Part shown: one piece after another, positions 21,557 through 31,372 of the stretch | How positions within the stretch are numbered: the first letter of the stretch is position 1 | Layout of the letters: every line of letters starts with the position of its first letter | NCBI GenBank assembly: GCA_046290225.1 | Contig: JBKAGE010000035.1 | Span: forward strand, 320,001-384,000 | Length of the DNA: 64,000 nt | Reading direction: 5' to 3' | Origin: Bradymonadia bacterium | Lineage (GTDB): Bacteria; Myxococcota_A; Bradymonadia; UBA7976; UBA1532 | Program-made: the position numbers and the translations under genes | The notes under the pieces: model-generated | Databases searched by the model: none | Told to the model about the DNA's origin: nothing | Seen by the model: the letters and a program-made list of their open reading frames with translations, nothing else

Positions 21557-23101
21557 TCACCACCATTTGGGCCAACCTCCAGGCCAGTCGAAGGCGAAGC
21601 CGCCGCCGAGCATGTACGACATCGTGAGTCGATCACCGGGCCACCACTCCATCTCCAGGGCGGTGGCGGCAAACCAGTCTTCGGTGATGTGGTAGCGCAC
21701 CCCCAGCTCCATGCCCAGCGTCAGGGTGGTGCGCCCTGCAGAGGTATCTTTCGGCGCCGTGGCCGGCCCCGCAGCGTCAGGATCAGTGCCCTCGATCTCA
21801 AAGGATTCGAAGCTGAGCACCAGCCCGGCGAGGGCATAGGGCTCGAAGGGGCCAGTGGGCCGCCTCACGCCCACCCAGGCAGGTTTGATCACCCACCGGC
21901 TGAGATCGTTGAGGGTGGCTTCGTCACCGCCGGACAGCCGACCATTTGATGGACCACCGCCCCCAGCGTACATGAGCGACAAGGGCTCAATCATGAGGGT
22001 CTCCCCTCGCCAGCCGACGCCGAGCTCGAGGCCGGTGAAGGTGACCGACTCGTCGAGGCGGCTCAGCTCGAGCCGGTCTCCGCCAACGTCGAAGTCACCA
22101 TCGAGCATGGTGAGCCCCCGCAAGCCAAGGCGCACATAGTAGGGATGCGCAGTGGTCACGGGATCAGGGGGCGGCAGGAAGCCTTCGAGGAACCCGCTCT
22201 TGGCCACGAGGTCGACCTTCACGGGGGTCCGCTGGCCTTCGGCGACCTTGGCGGTGACCTCGTGGGGCTGATAGCCGTCCGCTTGAATGCGCAGCACGTG
22301 CGTGCCGGGCTTCATGGGGTACTCCCCAGGCTTCTCAGCAAAGACATCTTTGCCCAGATAGACGACGGCGTGGGCTGGGGTATAGGCGAGCTTCACGCGT
22401 CCGCCTTCTCCCCTGAGCGTAAAGACCACGGCGACGACCTTGTCCGACTTCAACGTGGCGGGCTGGCTGGCCTCGATGTGGCCGGGGGCTGTCGCCCTGA
22501 GGGTATGATCCCCCACGGGCAGCTCGTACACCCCGCTCCCCTGACCCAGTCGCTGCTCTCCGGCCCAGATCTCCGCAGTCTCGGGGGTGACCTTCACCTC
22601 GACCTGCGCAAAAAACCCGCCCAGCTTCTTGAGAGCCTTCTGCGCCACGGTGGGCAGATCGTCACCCCGAACGGTAAAGGTTTGTGGCGCCCCACCCGCT
22701 GCTGGCGTGCGCACCAGCTTCATCACGAAGGCGCCGCTCTGCTCGTCTCGGGTGACGGCGGCGTCGACCCGTGCGCTGAGGCCGAGCTGTCGACCGATCT
22801 CTCCAAGCGGGGTCTCGCACCGGGCGCTGTCGTCGAGGCAGCCGAGGTTGTCGAACTTTGCAGGGGGCAGCTGGTCGATCCACGCGTCGAGCTGAGTCTC
22901 GGTGATCAAATGCTGTTGAGTGGCTGATCCTTTGGCGGCCTCGGCGACGGCCTCACGTACATCGGGGCCATAGTCTCCAGGGAACCGCCACAGGATCGAG
23001 CCCTCTCCGGGATCGGCAAGGGCTGGCGCTGCCCACAGGCAGAGGGCGAGGGCCCAGACCCACAAGCCTCGGGGGGGTGATGATGGGGTGACTTGATGCA
23101 T
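21557..23101 (-). CDS. PEGA-domain protein with probable C-terminal beta-barrel
   Basis: Signal peptide; PEGA-like repeats (LPVGDHTLRATAPGH, MKPGTHVLRIQADGYQP); amphipathic strands ending in aromatics. Confidence 0.7.
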   Translation of the reverse strand: MHQVTPSSPPRGLWVWALALCLWAAPALADPGEGSILWRFPGDYGPDVREAVAEAAKGSATQQHLITETQLDAWIDQLPPAKFDNLGCLDDSARCETPLGEIGRQLGLSARVDAAVTRDEQSGAFVMKLVRTPAAGGAPQTFTVRGDDLPTVAQKALKKLGGFFAQVEVKVTPETAEIWAGEQRLGQGSGVYELPVGDHTLRATAPGHIEASQPATLKSDKVVAVVFTLRGEGGRVKLAYTPAHAVVYLGKDVFAEKPGEYPMKPGTHVLRIQADGYQPHEVTAKVAEGQRTPVKVDLVAKSGFLEGFLPPPDPVTTAHPYYVRLGLRGLTMLDGDFDVGGDRLELSRLDESVTFTGLELGVGWRGETLMIEPLSLMYAGGGGPSNGRLSGGDEATLNDLSRWVIKPAWVGVRRPTGPFEPYALAGLVLSFESFEIEGTDPDAAGPATAPKDTSAGRTTLTLGMELGVRYHITEDWFAATALEMEWWPGDRLTMSYMLGGGFAFDWPGGWPKWW

Positions 23102-23204
23102 GTGATTCCTCGATCTGAGTCGTCGCCAGCATCAAGGGAGACAGCAGCTGCGGCAAAAAACTTCCGCCGGATTGAGCGGGCGGTGCCCAAGCACGGCCGT
23201 CCGC

Positions 23205-23561
23205 TCAAGCGTCGTCAGGCAACCGCTTGGGATCTTCCGGAATCGGGCGGGGGACCAGCTGGAAGTCTTCCGGGCGCATCGGGATCATCTCCCACTCCGT
23301 CCAGCCGCCGTTCAGCTTCTGTCGTTTGTAGGCGATGGGCAGCACCCCCCGATGCTGACAGACCCGCCAGAAGAGCGGCCAGATGCGCTCTTCGTCGTCG
23401 CAGAACTGCACCTCGAGCAGGATCTTGTTCTGCTGAGGGCTGCTCAAGCGCGTCTGAAGGTTGAACTGCCCGTCTTCGTTTTCGAGACTGCGGCCGCCCA
23501 CCTCTACGGTGCGGCCACGGTACTCGAGGCGAAATCGATACTGGTGCACGGTGTAGTCCAT
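23205..23561 (-). CDS. Hypothetical protein (118 aa)
   Basis: MDYTVHQYRFRLEY... globular-looking, GC3-biased part of the 209-aa ORF. Confidence 0.55.
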   Translation of the reverse strand: MDYTVHQYRFRLEYRGRTVEVGGRSLENEDGQFNLQTRLSSPQQNKILLEVQFCDDEERIWPLFWRVCQHRGVLPIAYKRQKLNGGWTEWEMIPMRPEDFQLVPRPIPEDPKRLPDDA

Positions 23562-23659
23562 GCTCGATGGCTTACAAGAAATGCAGCGGCAGGCCAACGC
23601 TGTTGTATCTGATCTGTGAGCATTGCACGGAAAACAGCGCCTCATGGGCGCTTGTGTTA

Positions 23660-23937
23660 GAGGTGCTAACACAACAGCGGACCGAGTCAGGGTTCGTGAG
23701 GCGCGAGTGAGGAGCACGGAGCACCCGCAGGCAGGCTCATAGGCCCGTCGAGGACAGCTCCGTGCACCTCGCGACGTGCTGATGCCCAGACAGGCGAAGG
23801 TATCTGGCTCTGCCAGACAACTTGTAGTCGACAAAGGCGAAGCCGACGGAGCGAAGAGTTGCCCATCGGGTACCTTCGTCTGGCTGGGCTCGATAACACT
23901 GCCTTCCTGGCGACGGGAGCTGTTTTGTTGGGACCTC
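23660..23937. mobile_element. MITE-like structured repeat, copy 1 (278 bp)
   Basis: 19-bp imperfect terminal inverted repeats (gaggtgctaacacaacagc / gctgttttgttgggacctc, 16/19); flanks TTA / TTG; homologous to 38285-38443. Confidence 0.7.
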
Positions 23938-23951
23938 TTGGAAAGCAGACC

Positions 23952-26390
23952 ATGGCTGGCGCTCGACCCTCATTGATCCGACGGCTGCTCAAGTGGGCTC
24001 TGATCTCGAGCCTGGTGTTGATGCTGCTCGGCGTCGGCACGCTCGTCGGCGGGTACATCTACTTCAGCCGCGACCTGCCCGATCTCGAGACCCTCGACGA
24101 CTACCAGCCCCCTCAGGTCACCCGCATCTACGCCGATGACGGCAAGACCCTCATCGCCGAGCTCTTCACCGAGCGCCGTACCGTCGTGCCCCGCAAGGAC
24201 ATCCCCGACGTGATGGTGAAGGCCATGCTCGCCGCGGAGGACGCCGACTTCTACGAGCACGAAGGCCTCGACTACATGGGCATGGCCCGGGCGTTGTGGA
24301 AGGCGGTGCGATCAGGGCGCATCAAGGGCGGCGGCAGCACCATCACTCAGCAAACGGTGAAGACGTTCCTGCTCAGCCCCGAGAAGACCGTCTCTCGTAA
24401 GGCCAAAGAGCTCATCCTTGCCCGACGCATCGAGGAGAAGCTCACCAAAGACGAGATCTTGTACCTGTACCTGAACCAGATCTACTTCGGTCATGGTCGA
24501 TATGGGGTGCAGGAAGCCGCCCGGTTCTACTTTGGCAAGGACATCGGCCAGGTGAACCTCGAAGAGGCGGCCCTCATCGCCGGGCTGGTGCAGTCTCCGA
24601 ACCGCCTCTCCCCATTCCGCCACCCCGACAGGGCTTTTGCTCGACGCACCTATGTGCTCGATCAGATGGGGCAGAAGGGGTTCGCGCCCAAAGACGCTGT
24701 CGACGCAGCCAAGGGTCGACCCATCAAGCTGGTGCCCTTCACCGAAGTGAACCCCGAAGAGGCCGGGTGGTTCGTCGACGCCATCCGTCGTCAACTCGTC
24801 GATGCCCTGAAGCCCCTGGAGATCGATCTCTACACCGCGGGGCTGCGGGTGGAGACCACGCTGAACCTCGATCGACAAAAAATGGCCATGAAAGCGGTGT
24901 TGAAGGGCCTGCGTGGGGTGGACGCTCGCCAGAAGTATACAGGCAAGCTGAAGCGCCTCGACAAGGCAGGCCGCACACGGTGGCTCGCCAAACGCGCCCA
25001 GGCTCTCGGTGACAAACCGCCGGCCAGGAACAAGGCCACCGAGGGCGTGATCACCCAGGTGAGCAAAGCCGAGCTGGTCGTCTCTTTCGGGGTGGGCACC
25101 GCCACGATCCCCACGAGCACCCTCAACCGCTTCCGAAACGAAGAGAAGGCCTTGCCCTTCCAGGTGGGCCACGTCGTCCCTGTGAAGATCCGCGACGACG
25201 GCCCCAGCCACCCCGAGCAGATGCACGCCTCGCTGCAGGTGGGGCCCCAAGGGGCGCTGGTGGTCATCGATCCGGTGACCCGAGACGTGAAGGCCATGGT
25301 GGGTGGGGATGATCACGGTGGGCAGCCCTTCAACCGGGCCATGTTGGCGAAGCGTCAGCCCGGCAGCGCCTTCAAGCCCTTCGTTTGGGGTGCCGCCTAC
25401 GAGACAGCCCGCTTTACACCCGCCACGGTGATGCTGGACGCCCCCGAGACCTGGCCGATGCACGGCGAGAAGTGGTGGAAGCCCCGCAACTACACCCAGA
25501 AATACCGTGGGCCCATGCGCCTCAAGGAAGCCCTGGCGAAGTCGGTGAACAGCATCGCGGTGAAGCTACTCTACGACGTCAAGGTACCCACGGTGCAGCG
25601 CTTCGCCCGCAACGCCGGCATCGAGTCGCCGCTCACCGACAACCTGACCCTGGCCCTGGGATCCAGCGAGGTCTCCCCCCTCGAGCTGGCCAACGCCTAC
25701 GCCACCATCGCCTCAGGCGGTCGGCGTGGGCCCCCGAGGATGATCACCGCCATCGAAGACGCCGAAGGGCGCCCTGTGGAGACGCCGTTGACGGCGCCCT
25801 GGTCCTCTGAAGAGATGATCGCCCCCGAGGTGGCCTGGCTGCTGCGGGAGACCATGCGAGGTGTGGTCCGCCCCGGAGGCAGCGCCTACCGCGCCTTCAA
25901 GAGCCTCGATCGACCCATCGCGGGCAAGACGGGCACCACCAACGAGGCCCGTGATCTGTGGTTCGTGGGCCTGTTGCCCGAGGCGGTCATGGTGGGTTGG
26001 GTGGGCTTCGACGATCGCACACCGGTGGGTCGTAAAGAGACCGGCGGCAAGGCTGCCGCCCCCATCGTGCGCGCTTACGTCGACGCCGCAGCCTCTGATG
26101 ACGATCTGCCCGGATGGCCTGATGCCCCAGAAGGGGTGGAGCAGGTCACCATCGACAAGGAGAGTGGTCTGCGGGCGCCGCCCGGCGCCAAGGGTGTAGA
26201 CGAGTACTTCCTCGCAGGCACCGCCCCCAAAGAGGTAGCCCACCCCAAGGGCACCATCGACGCCGGCAACTTTTTCATGGAAGACGCCGGCGGCGGCTGG
26301 GATGTACGCCCGGTGAGTCCGACGCCTGTGAAACCCGTGAAGCCCGCGCCGGATCGACCGAGCTTCGACCCAGAAGACCTGCCCCAATAA
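23952..26390 (+). CDS. mrcA: Class A penicillin-binding protein (PBP1A)
   Basis: N-terminal TM; TG motifs EDADFYEH, GGSTITQQ, RKAKE; TP motifs SAFK, SVN, KTG. Confidence 0.95.
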   Translation: MAGARPSLIRRLLKWALISSLVLMLLGVGTLVGGYIYFSRDLPDLETLDDYQPPQVTRIYADDGKTLIAELFTERRTVVPRKDIPDVMVKAMLAAEDADFYEHEGLDYMGMARALWKAVRSGRIKGGGSTITQQTVKTFLLSPEKTVSRKAKELILARRIEEKLTKDEILYLYLNQIYFGHGRYGVQEAARFYFGKDIGQVNLEEAALIAGLVQSPNRLSPFRHPDRAFARRTYVLDQMGQKGFAPKDAVDAAKGRPIKLVPFTEVNPEEAGWFVDAIRRQLVDALKPLEIDLYTAGLRVETTLNLDRQKMAMKAVLKGLRGVDARQKYTGKLKRLDKAGRTRWLAKRAQALGDKPPARNKATEGVITQVSKAELVVSFGVGTATIPTSTLNRFRNEEKALPFQVGHVVPVKIRDDGPSHPEQMHASLQVGPQGALVVIDPVTRDVKAMVGGDDHGGQPFNRAMLAKRQPGSAFKPFVWGAAYETARFTPATVMLDAPETWPMHGEKWWKPRNYTQKYRGPMRLKEALAKSVNSIAVKLLYDVKVPTVQRFARNAGIESPLTDNLTLALGSSEVSPLELANAYATIASGGRRGPPRMITAIEDAEGRPVETPLTAPWSSEEMIAPEVAWLLRETMRGVVRPGGSAYRAFKSLDRPIAGKTGTTNEARDLWFVGLLPEAVMVGWVGFDDRTPVGRKETGGKAAAPIVRAYVDAAASDDDLPGWPDAPEGVEQVTIDKESGLRAPPGAKGVDEYFLAGTAPKEVAHPKGTIDAGNFFMEDAGGGWDVRPVSPTPVKPVKPAPDRPSFDPEDLPQ

Positions 26391-26399
26391 CGCGACCCG

Positions 26400-27275
26400 A
26401 TGCACGCCTTCGATCTCACCACACTCTGGCCACACACTGCCCTCGAGCAGCTCGTGATCGAGATGGACGAGGCGCCCTGCGGGCCTGTGTCCGCGCTGGC
26501 CTTCGACGAGAGCGGCGAGCGACTGGTGGCTTCAGTAGGCCCCGTCGTGCTCGTGCTCGACCGTGATGCCCAGCGTTTGATCTCCAGCGTGGTCACGAAC
26601 AGCGAAGAGGTCACCGCGGAAGAGTTGGACCCTGGGGACGTCGAGCAGGCCGAAGATGTGGATGCAGAGGGGCTGTTTCCCGGGCTCTATGCACATCGAC
26701 TCCACGTCTCTCGAGGCGCCGAATATGTCGCTGTGGAGTGGGTAGGGGATCCGAGCCCGGGCAATATGGTCAGTCGCTTTGGCGTGATCTACGACATGAC
26801 GCGACGACGACGTATCCATCGCACCAATCCTTACGATGGATATGGTGTTGATGCCCTCGATGGGATGTCGATGTGTCACCACAACGAGCATGTGATCGTC
26901 GAGGTGACCCGCTCAGATGTGCCCATGACCGAGCGGGTCGATCTGCGCAGCGGTGAGGTGAGACCCGCTCGAGCACCAGAGGCTCAACAGACGCCCACCC
27001 CACCCCAACCTCGCCTCTCTCTCCTCTGGACAAGTGCAGACGGCCAGTGGCGCGGGTGGTCCCATCGCGACGCTTTTCACAAAGATTGGGGTGATTATGG
27101 AGGCCTTGTGCCGGTGGGCAGAGAGGTGATCCTCGAGCGCACTGACATTGGAGACGTGATCCACCTGTCGCCCCCTGCCCCCCTGCCCTGGCCGAGCCCC
27201 TTTGCGTGCCACAAGGCCATGGGCAGAGTCGCCTGGGCAGTGGGCGCTCAGATCGTCATCGACACCATCGGCTGA
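26400..27275 (+). CDS. Hypothetical protein (possible beta-propeller-like N-terminus)
   Basis: 9 nt after mrcA; PVSALAFDESGERLVAS is WD40-like. Confidence 0.55.
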   Translation: MHAFDLTTLWPHTALEQLVIEMDEAPCGPVSALAFDESGERLVASVGPVVLVLDRDAQRLISSVVTNSEEVTAEELDPGDVEQAEDVDAEGLFPGLYAHRLHVSRGAEYVAVEWVGDPSPGNMVSRFGVIYDMTRRRRIHRTNPYDGYGVDALDGMSMCHHNEHVIVEVTRSDVPMTERVDLRSGEVRPARAPEAQQTPTPPQPRLSLLWTSADGQWRGWSHRDAFHKDWGDYGGLVPVGREVILERTDIGDVIHLSPPAPLPWPSPFACHKAMGRVAWAVGAQIVIDTIG

Positions 27276-27288
27276 GCGCACAGCACGA

Positions 27289-28089
27289 TCAGTCCCAGAG
27301 CCACCACGCCACGCTGAAGGCTGCGGCGCCGACGATCAATCCGGTGTACGCCACGATCGAATAGCCGTGGGCCGTGTCGGCATGATCCTGCCACTCTCGC
27401 ACGCTGCCAGCGTCGTCACGGGCGCTGATCTCACTGGCGGTGAGGCCCCCGAAGATCACAGCAGCGCCGAGGGCGGTACCGCCGCTGGCGACGAGCCACC
27501 AGGGTTTGTCAGGTGATCCTGACTGACCCACGAGCGGGTCTTCAGACCCACCGGGGATCAACGTCACCTCGATGGTCTCCTGCTGGCCACGACGCACGGT
27601 GAAGCTCGGCCGGGCCACGGCATAGCCCTCTCGGGCGATGTGGGCAAAGTGAGGGCCGATGACCAGGCTGGTCTTGAAGGGTGTGCGGCCCATGGTCTGG
27701 GCGTCGCCGTCGAGTCGCACTGATGCGCCCGGTGGATCAGAGATGAAGATCACCTCGGGCTTGAGTTGGGCGATCTTCAGCTCGGCCATCTCTCGGCCAG
27801 AGCGAGGCGGGTTCAAGGCGAGATATTGCTCAAAACGCCCGACAGCCCGGGCGTGCTGCCCCATCTTCTCGAGGACCAGGCCCTGGTTGGCCAGGATGCC
27901 CGGCCTCGGATCTGTGTCGTAGGCCTGCTGCAGTAAACGCAGGGCCTGCATGTATCGGCCTGCGTTGAAGGCGTCGTCTGCAGCGGCCTCGAGATCAACG
28001 GCTCGCTGCCTGCCGTGGGCGGGATCCACCGACACGGCCAGGATACAGAGGCAGAGCGTCACGACACCGCGATTGAAGATCCAGGGCAT
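27289..28089 (-). CDS. TPR + PEGA domain protein with C-terminal TM segments
   Basis: Signal peptide; TPR (AFNAGRY..AL...QQAY); PEGA SDPPGASV.LDG...GRTP. Confidence 0.8.
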   Translation of the reverse strand: MPWIFNRGVVTLCLCILAVSVDPAHGRQRAVDLEAAADDAFNAGRYMQALRLLQQAYDTDPRPGILANQGLVLEKMGQHARAVGRFEQYLALNPPRSGREMAELKIAQLKPEVIFISDPPGASVRLDGDAQTMGRTPFKTSLVIGPHFAHIAREGYAVARPSFTVRRGQQETIEVTLIPGGSEDPLVGQSGSPDKPWWLVASGGTALGAAVIFGGLTASEISARDDAGSVREWQDHADTAHGYSIVAYTGLIVGAAAFSVAWWLWD

Positions 28090-28155
28090 AGAGCCATCTC
28101 CCGCGTCTGCCTGATGGTAGACACCGAGCCGCCAAACTCAAGTTGAAGTCATGCT

Positions 28156-29271
28156 ATGGTCGTGCTGTCGATCGTAGATCGGGAGCCCCTGGTTACAGTG
28201 CAACACACAGCCTTGCTCAACACTGTCATCGAAGGCCGTTACCGCCTTGATGAGATCCTGGGCCACGGGGCCTCCGGAGTGGTGTTCAAGGCGGCACAGA
28301 TCAGACTGCACGATCGGCCCTGCGCGCTGAAGGTGCTGCGCCTCGACAGTGAGCTGCCCCAAGGGCGAGCCCGCTTTGCTCGAGAGCTGAAGATCATCAC
28401 CGAGATGCGCAGCCCCTACATCGTCGACGTCCTTGACTCCGGGGCCCTCGAAGATGGCAGCCCCTTCATCGTGATGCAGCTGCTCAACGGTCAGACTGTC
28501 GATGATTACATCAAGACCGCCGGGCCGCTCTCACCCACCCTGGCGGTCACTCTGGCAGTACAGATCCTCGAGGGTTTGAAGGTGGCTCACCGCTCGGGGG
28601 TGATCCACCGGGATCTCAAGCCCGCCAATGTGTTCTTGAACATGAAAGACGGGGTGATCACCCACGGGAGCATCCTCGACTTCGGCCTGGCCAAGCACAT
28701 CGGCCCCGACGCCGGGCCCGCCCTCACCGAGCAGGGCATGGTGGTGGGCACGCCCACGTACATGGCCCCGGAGCAGTTCCTCCGAGAGCCCGTCGACGCC
28801 CAGGCCGATCTCTACGCAGCAGGCTGTCTGTTGTATTGCATGCTCGCGGGCCGATCGCCCTTTCGCATGGAGGATCCACTCCCACCAGAGGTGGGCCACC
28901 TGCACGGGATCGCCCGAGTGGCCTGGCTGCACATCAACCAGGCGCCGCCGCCCATCGCCGGCCTCTCCCCTGCCCTGTGGTCCCTCGTGGAGAGCCTGCT
29001 CGCCAAACGCCCGATGCGCCGCAGCCCCGACGCCGAGACAGCCCGGCTGGCCCTCATGAACACCCCGGAGTTCCGCCAGGGCCCCCGAGGTGCCTCTACA
29101 GATCCCGACACGACGGTGATGGATCCAGAGCAGATGGCCGAAGTGCTGGGGATGGCCGACCACACCGAGGATGAAGATGACGAGGCGTCGACACCCTGGT
29201 GGGTGCTGGCGTTGACGCTGTGTGCCCTCGCCGCGGTGGGCGTGGGGATCGGGACATGGATCGCATGGTGA
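28156..29271 (+). CDS. Ser/Thr kinase with C-terminal TM
   Basis: GHGASGVVF, HRDLKPAN, DFG, GTPTYMAPEQ; true start may be GTG 28198. Confidence 0.92.
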   Translation: MVVLSIVDREPLVTVQHTALLNTVIEGRYRLDEILGHGASGVVFKAAQIRLHDRPCALKVLRLDSELPQGRARFARELKIITEMRSPYIVDVLDSGALEDGSPFIVMQLLNGQTVDDYIKTAGPLSPTLAVTLAVQILEGLKVAHRSGVIHRDLKPANVFLNMKDGVITHGSILDFGLAKHIGPDAGPALTEQGMVVGTPTYMAPEQFLREPVDAQADLYAAGCLLYCMLAGRSPFRMEDPLPPEVGHLHGIARVAWLHINQAPPPIAGLSPALWSLVESLLAKRPMRRSPDAETARLALMNTPEFRQGPRGASTDPDTTVMDPEQMAEVLGMADHTEDEDDEASTPWWVLALTLCALAAVGVGIGTWIAW

Positions 29272-30674
29272 TCGATCCACTCATCGGCGAGGTGCTCATC
29301 GGCCGATATCGGCTGGACTCGGAGCTGGGCCAGGGCGGGATGGGCGTCGTGTACCGCGCGGTCGACCTCAAACTGCATCAGCGCCCGTGCGCCGTGAAGG
29401 TGCTCACGGGGCTCAACGGCGATCCTCAAGCCCTCGCTCGCTTTGACCAGGAAGCCCAGGTCATCGCCACCCTCACCAGCCCCAACACAGTCCGGGTATA
29501 CGACACGGGCACGCTCGCCGACGGCCGCCCCTTCATCGCCATGGAGCTGCTCTCGGGCACGAGCCTCGAGGCAGCCCTCAAGCGAGAGAAGGTCCTCGAT
29601 CCGGCTCGGGCGCTGAAGATCATCATTGGTGTGCTCTCTGCCCTGGAAGAAGCGCACCAGGCGGAGGTGATCCATCGAGATCTCAAGCCCGCCAACATCT
29701 TCCTGGTACACGACGCCACTGGCCGCGAGCACCCCAAAGTGCTCGACTTCGGTGTGGCCAAGGCGCTCACTGTCGACGACAGCCCCGGCCTCACCACAGG
29801 CGACGGCATCATCGGCACGCCGTTCTACATGGCCCCCGAGCAATTCACTCGAGAGCAACTGTCACCGCAAACAGATCTGTACGCCGTGGGGCTGGTGCTC
29901 TTCGAAATGCTCATCGGACGTACGGCTTTCCTACCGGAAGATCCCGTGCCCGAGTCACTGCAGACCATGCCACCAGAGTATCGACTCGGCTGGCTGCACG
30001 TGAATCGCAGGCCTCCGAAGATCGACGGGGTCGTGCCTGATCTCGGGGCCCTGATCTCGAGCCTGCTGGCGAAGTCGCCTGATGGTCGACCGAGCTCGGC
30101 CATGGAGACGCTGTCACGTGTGGAGCGTCTGCCTCACCCCTGCGCCGAGCAGCCTCGAATCGTCAATGACGAGACCGCCTGGGTGGGCCGCGTACGACGC
30201 AGCAGCGCGCACCGGGCTCGATGGGCCCTCGCTGCAGGGGTGGTCGCGGGCCTCGCAGGGGCAGGCGCCTATCAATGGATGAAGGCACCTGCCGACGCAC
30301 CTGCGCAGCCCGAGCACGTGGTGAACGTCAGAGCTGTGGAGCCTCCGCCAGGCAAGGTGGCGGTGGCACCAGAGCCCGAAGGCTCATCGCCGCTGGTGCA
30401 CCCCGTGCTGGAGATCGACGCAGGTGAGATGGGTGAGGCCAGCAACATGGGTGAATCAAAGGCCGTCGCTGCAGATGAGCCGGCCACCGAGGTGAAGCCC
30501 GCTCCGTCAGAAGCTGACCCTACATCGCCCCGCCCCACCGCCAAATCTTCGAGCCGGCGTCGCAGCCGCCGACGTCGAGCCGACGCCAGGGCAAACACAC
30601 CCACGAGCCCTTCAAAGGGCCGCAAGACATCACCAGACGACACGGGCAAGGGCCGAAAAGGGTTGTACTTTTGA
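29256..30674 (+). CDS. Ser/Thr kinase with TM and disordered C-terminal tail
   Basis: GQGGMGVVY, HRDLKPAN, DFG, GTPFYMAPEQ; overlaps the upstream kinase stop. Confidence 0.92.
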   Translation: MDRMVIDPLIGEVLIGRYRLDSELGQGGMGVVYRAVDLKLHQRPCAVKVLTGLNGDPQALARFDQEAQVIATLTSPNTVRVYDTGTLADGRPFIAMELLSGTSLEAALKREKVLDPARALKIIIGVLSALEEAHQAEVIHRDLKPANIFLVHDATGREHPKVLDFGVAKALTVDDSPGLTTGDGIIGTPFYMAPEQFTREQLSPQTDLYAVGLVLFEMLIGRTAFLPEDPVPESLQTMPPEYRLGWLHVNRRPPKIDGVVPDLGALISSLLAKSPDGRPSSAMETLSRVERLPHPCAEQPRIVNDETAWVGRVRRSSAHRARWALAAGVVAGLAGAGAYQWMKAPADAPAQPEHVVNVRAVEPPPGKVAVAPEPEGSSPLVHPVLEIDAGEMGEASNMGESKAVAADEPATEVKPAPSEADPTSPRPTAKSSSRRRSRRRRADARANTPTSPSKGRKTSPDDTGKGRKGLYF

Positions 30675-31372
30675 TGAAGTGGCTCACCTTTTCAGCGGTG
30701 GTGACGATCTCGGCCGGGTGTGTCGATCGAGAGGCGCCGGAGTGCATCTCCCCTGATGACTGTCCGGTGCAGAGCCCGCTCTGCGTCGACGAAGTGTGCA
30801 CAACGGGCAAGCTGCCTGATCCTGATCAAGGCGTCAGCGGGGGTTCTGGCGGTGGCTTTGGCGGTGGCTTTGGCGGCAGCGGGGGCATGGGTGGCAGCCC
30901 AGGTGGTGGCTTCTTCGATCCATGTATGTCGGCGCTCGACTGTGCTGAAGGTCTGGTGTGCACCGAAGGGCGGTGCACTCAACCATTGCCCGGGCTCCCC
31001 GATGCAGCGCCAAGGCCCGAGCCAGAGGACATGGGCGTCGCTTCACCTGACGCAGCAGTGCGCTACGACTGCCCCGAGATCACCGAGGTGAGAGAAGACT
31101 TCCTCGCTCAGTGCTCTGTCGAGCCCGTCGCCGACATGTGCGGCTACATGCTCTCCGGGCTCCCTGGAGAGCGGGTGGGCCTCTACAACTGTGATGATGT
31201 GTGTACGATCCTCGGGGTGGCGTGTATCGCCGCGTGGCGGGTGTACGACGAAGATGTCTGCGAGCGTGCCCTCGAGGTCACGTGCCAGACCAACCACGAC
31301 GACTTCGAGGGCGGTGGCGGCCTCGAGCTGTTTGCGACCTTGTGTGAATGCACAGCCAGGGTGTTGCCATGA
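30674..31372 (+). CDS. Cys-rich lipoprotein
   Basis: MKWLTFSAVVTISAGC lipobox; C-x4-C-x5/6-C-x4-C repeats; TGATG coupling. Confidence 0.75.
   Translation: MKWLTFSAVVTISAGCVDREAPECISPDDCPVQSPLCVDEVCTTGKLPDPDQGVSGGSGGGFGGGFGGSGGMGGSPGGGFFDPCMSALDCAEGLVCTEGRCTQPLPGLPDAAPRPEPEDMGVASPDAAVRYDCPEITEVREDFLAQCSVEPVADMCGYMLSGLPGERVGLYNCDDVCTILGVACIAAWRVYDEDVCERALEVTCQTNHDDFEGGGGLELFATLCECTARVLP

Noticed and set aside
23562..23951. Short ORFs and ORF extensions across the repeat element (also 38182..38466 and 38331..38459)
   Set aside because: They run through the non-coding structured repeat; better starts exist downstream
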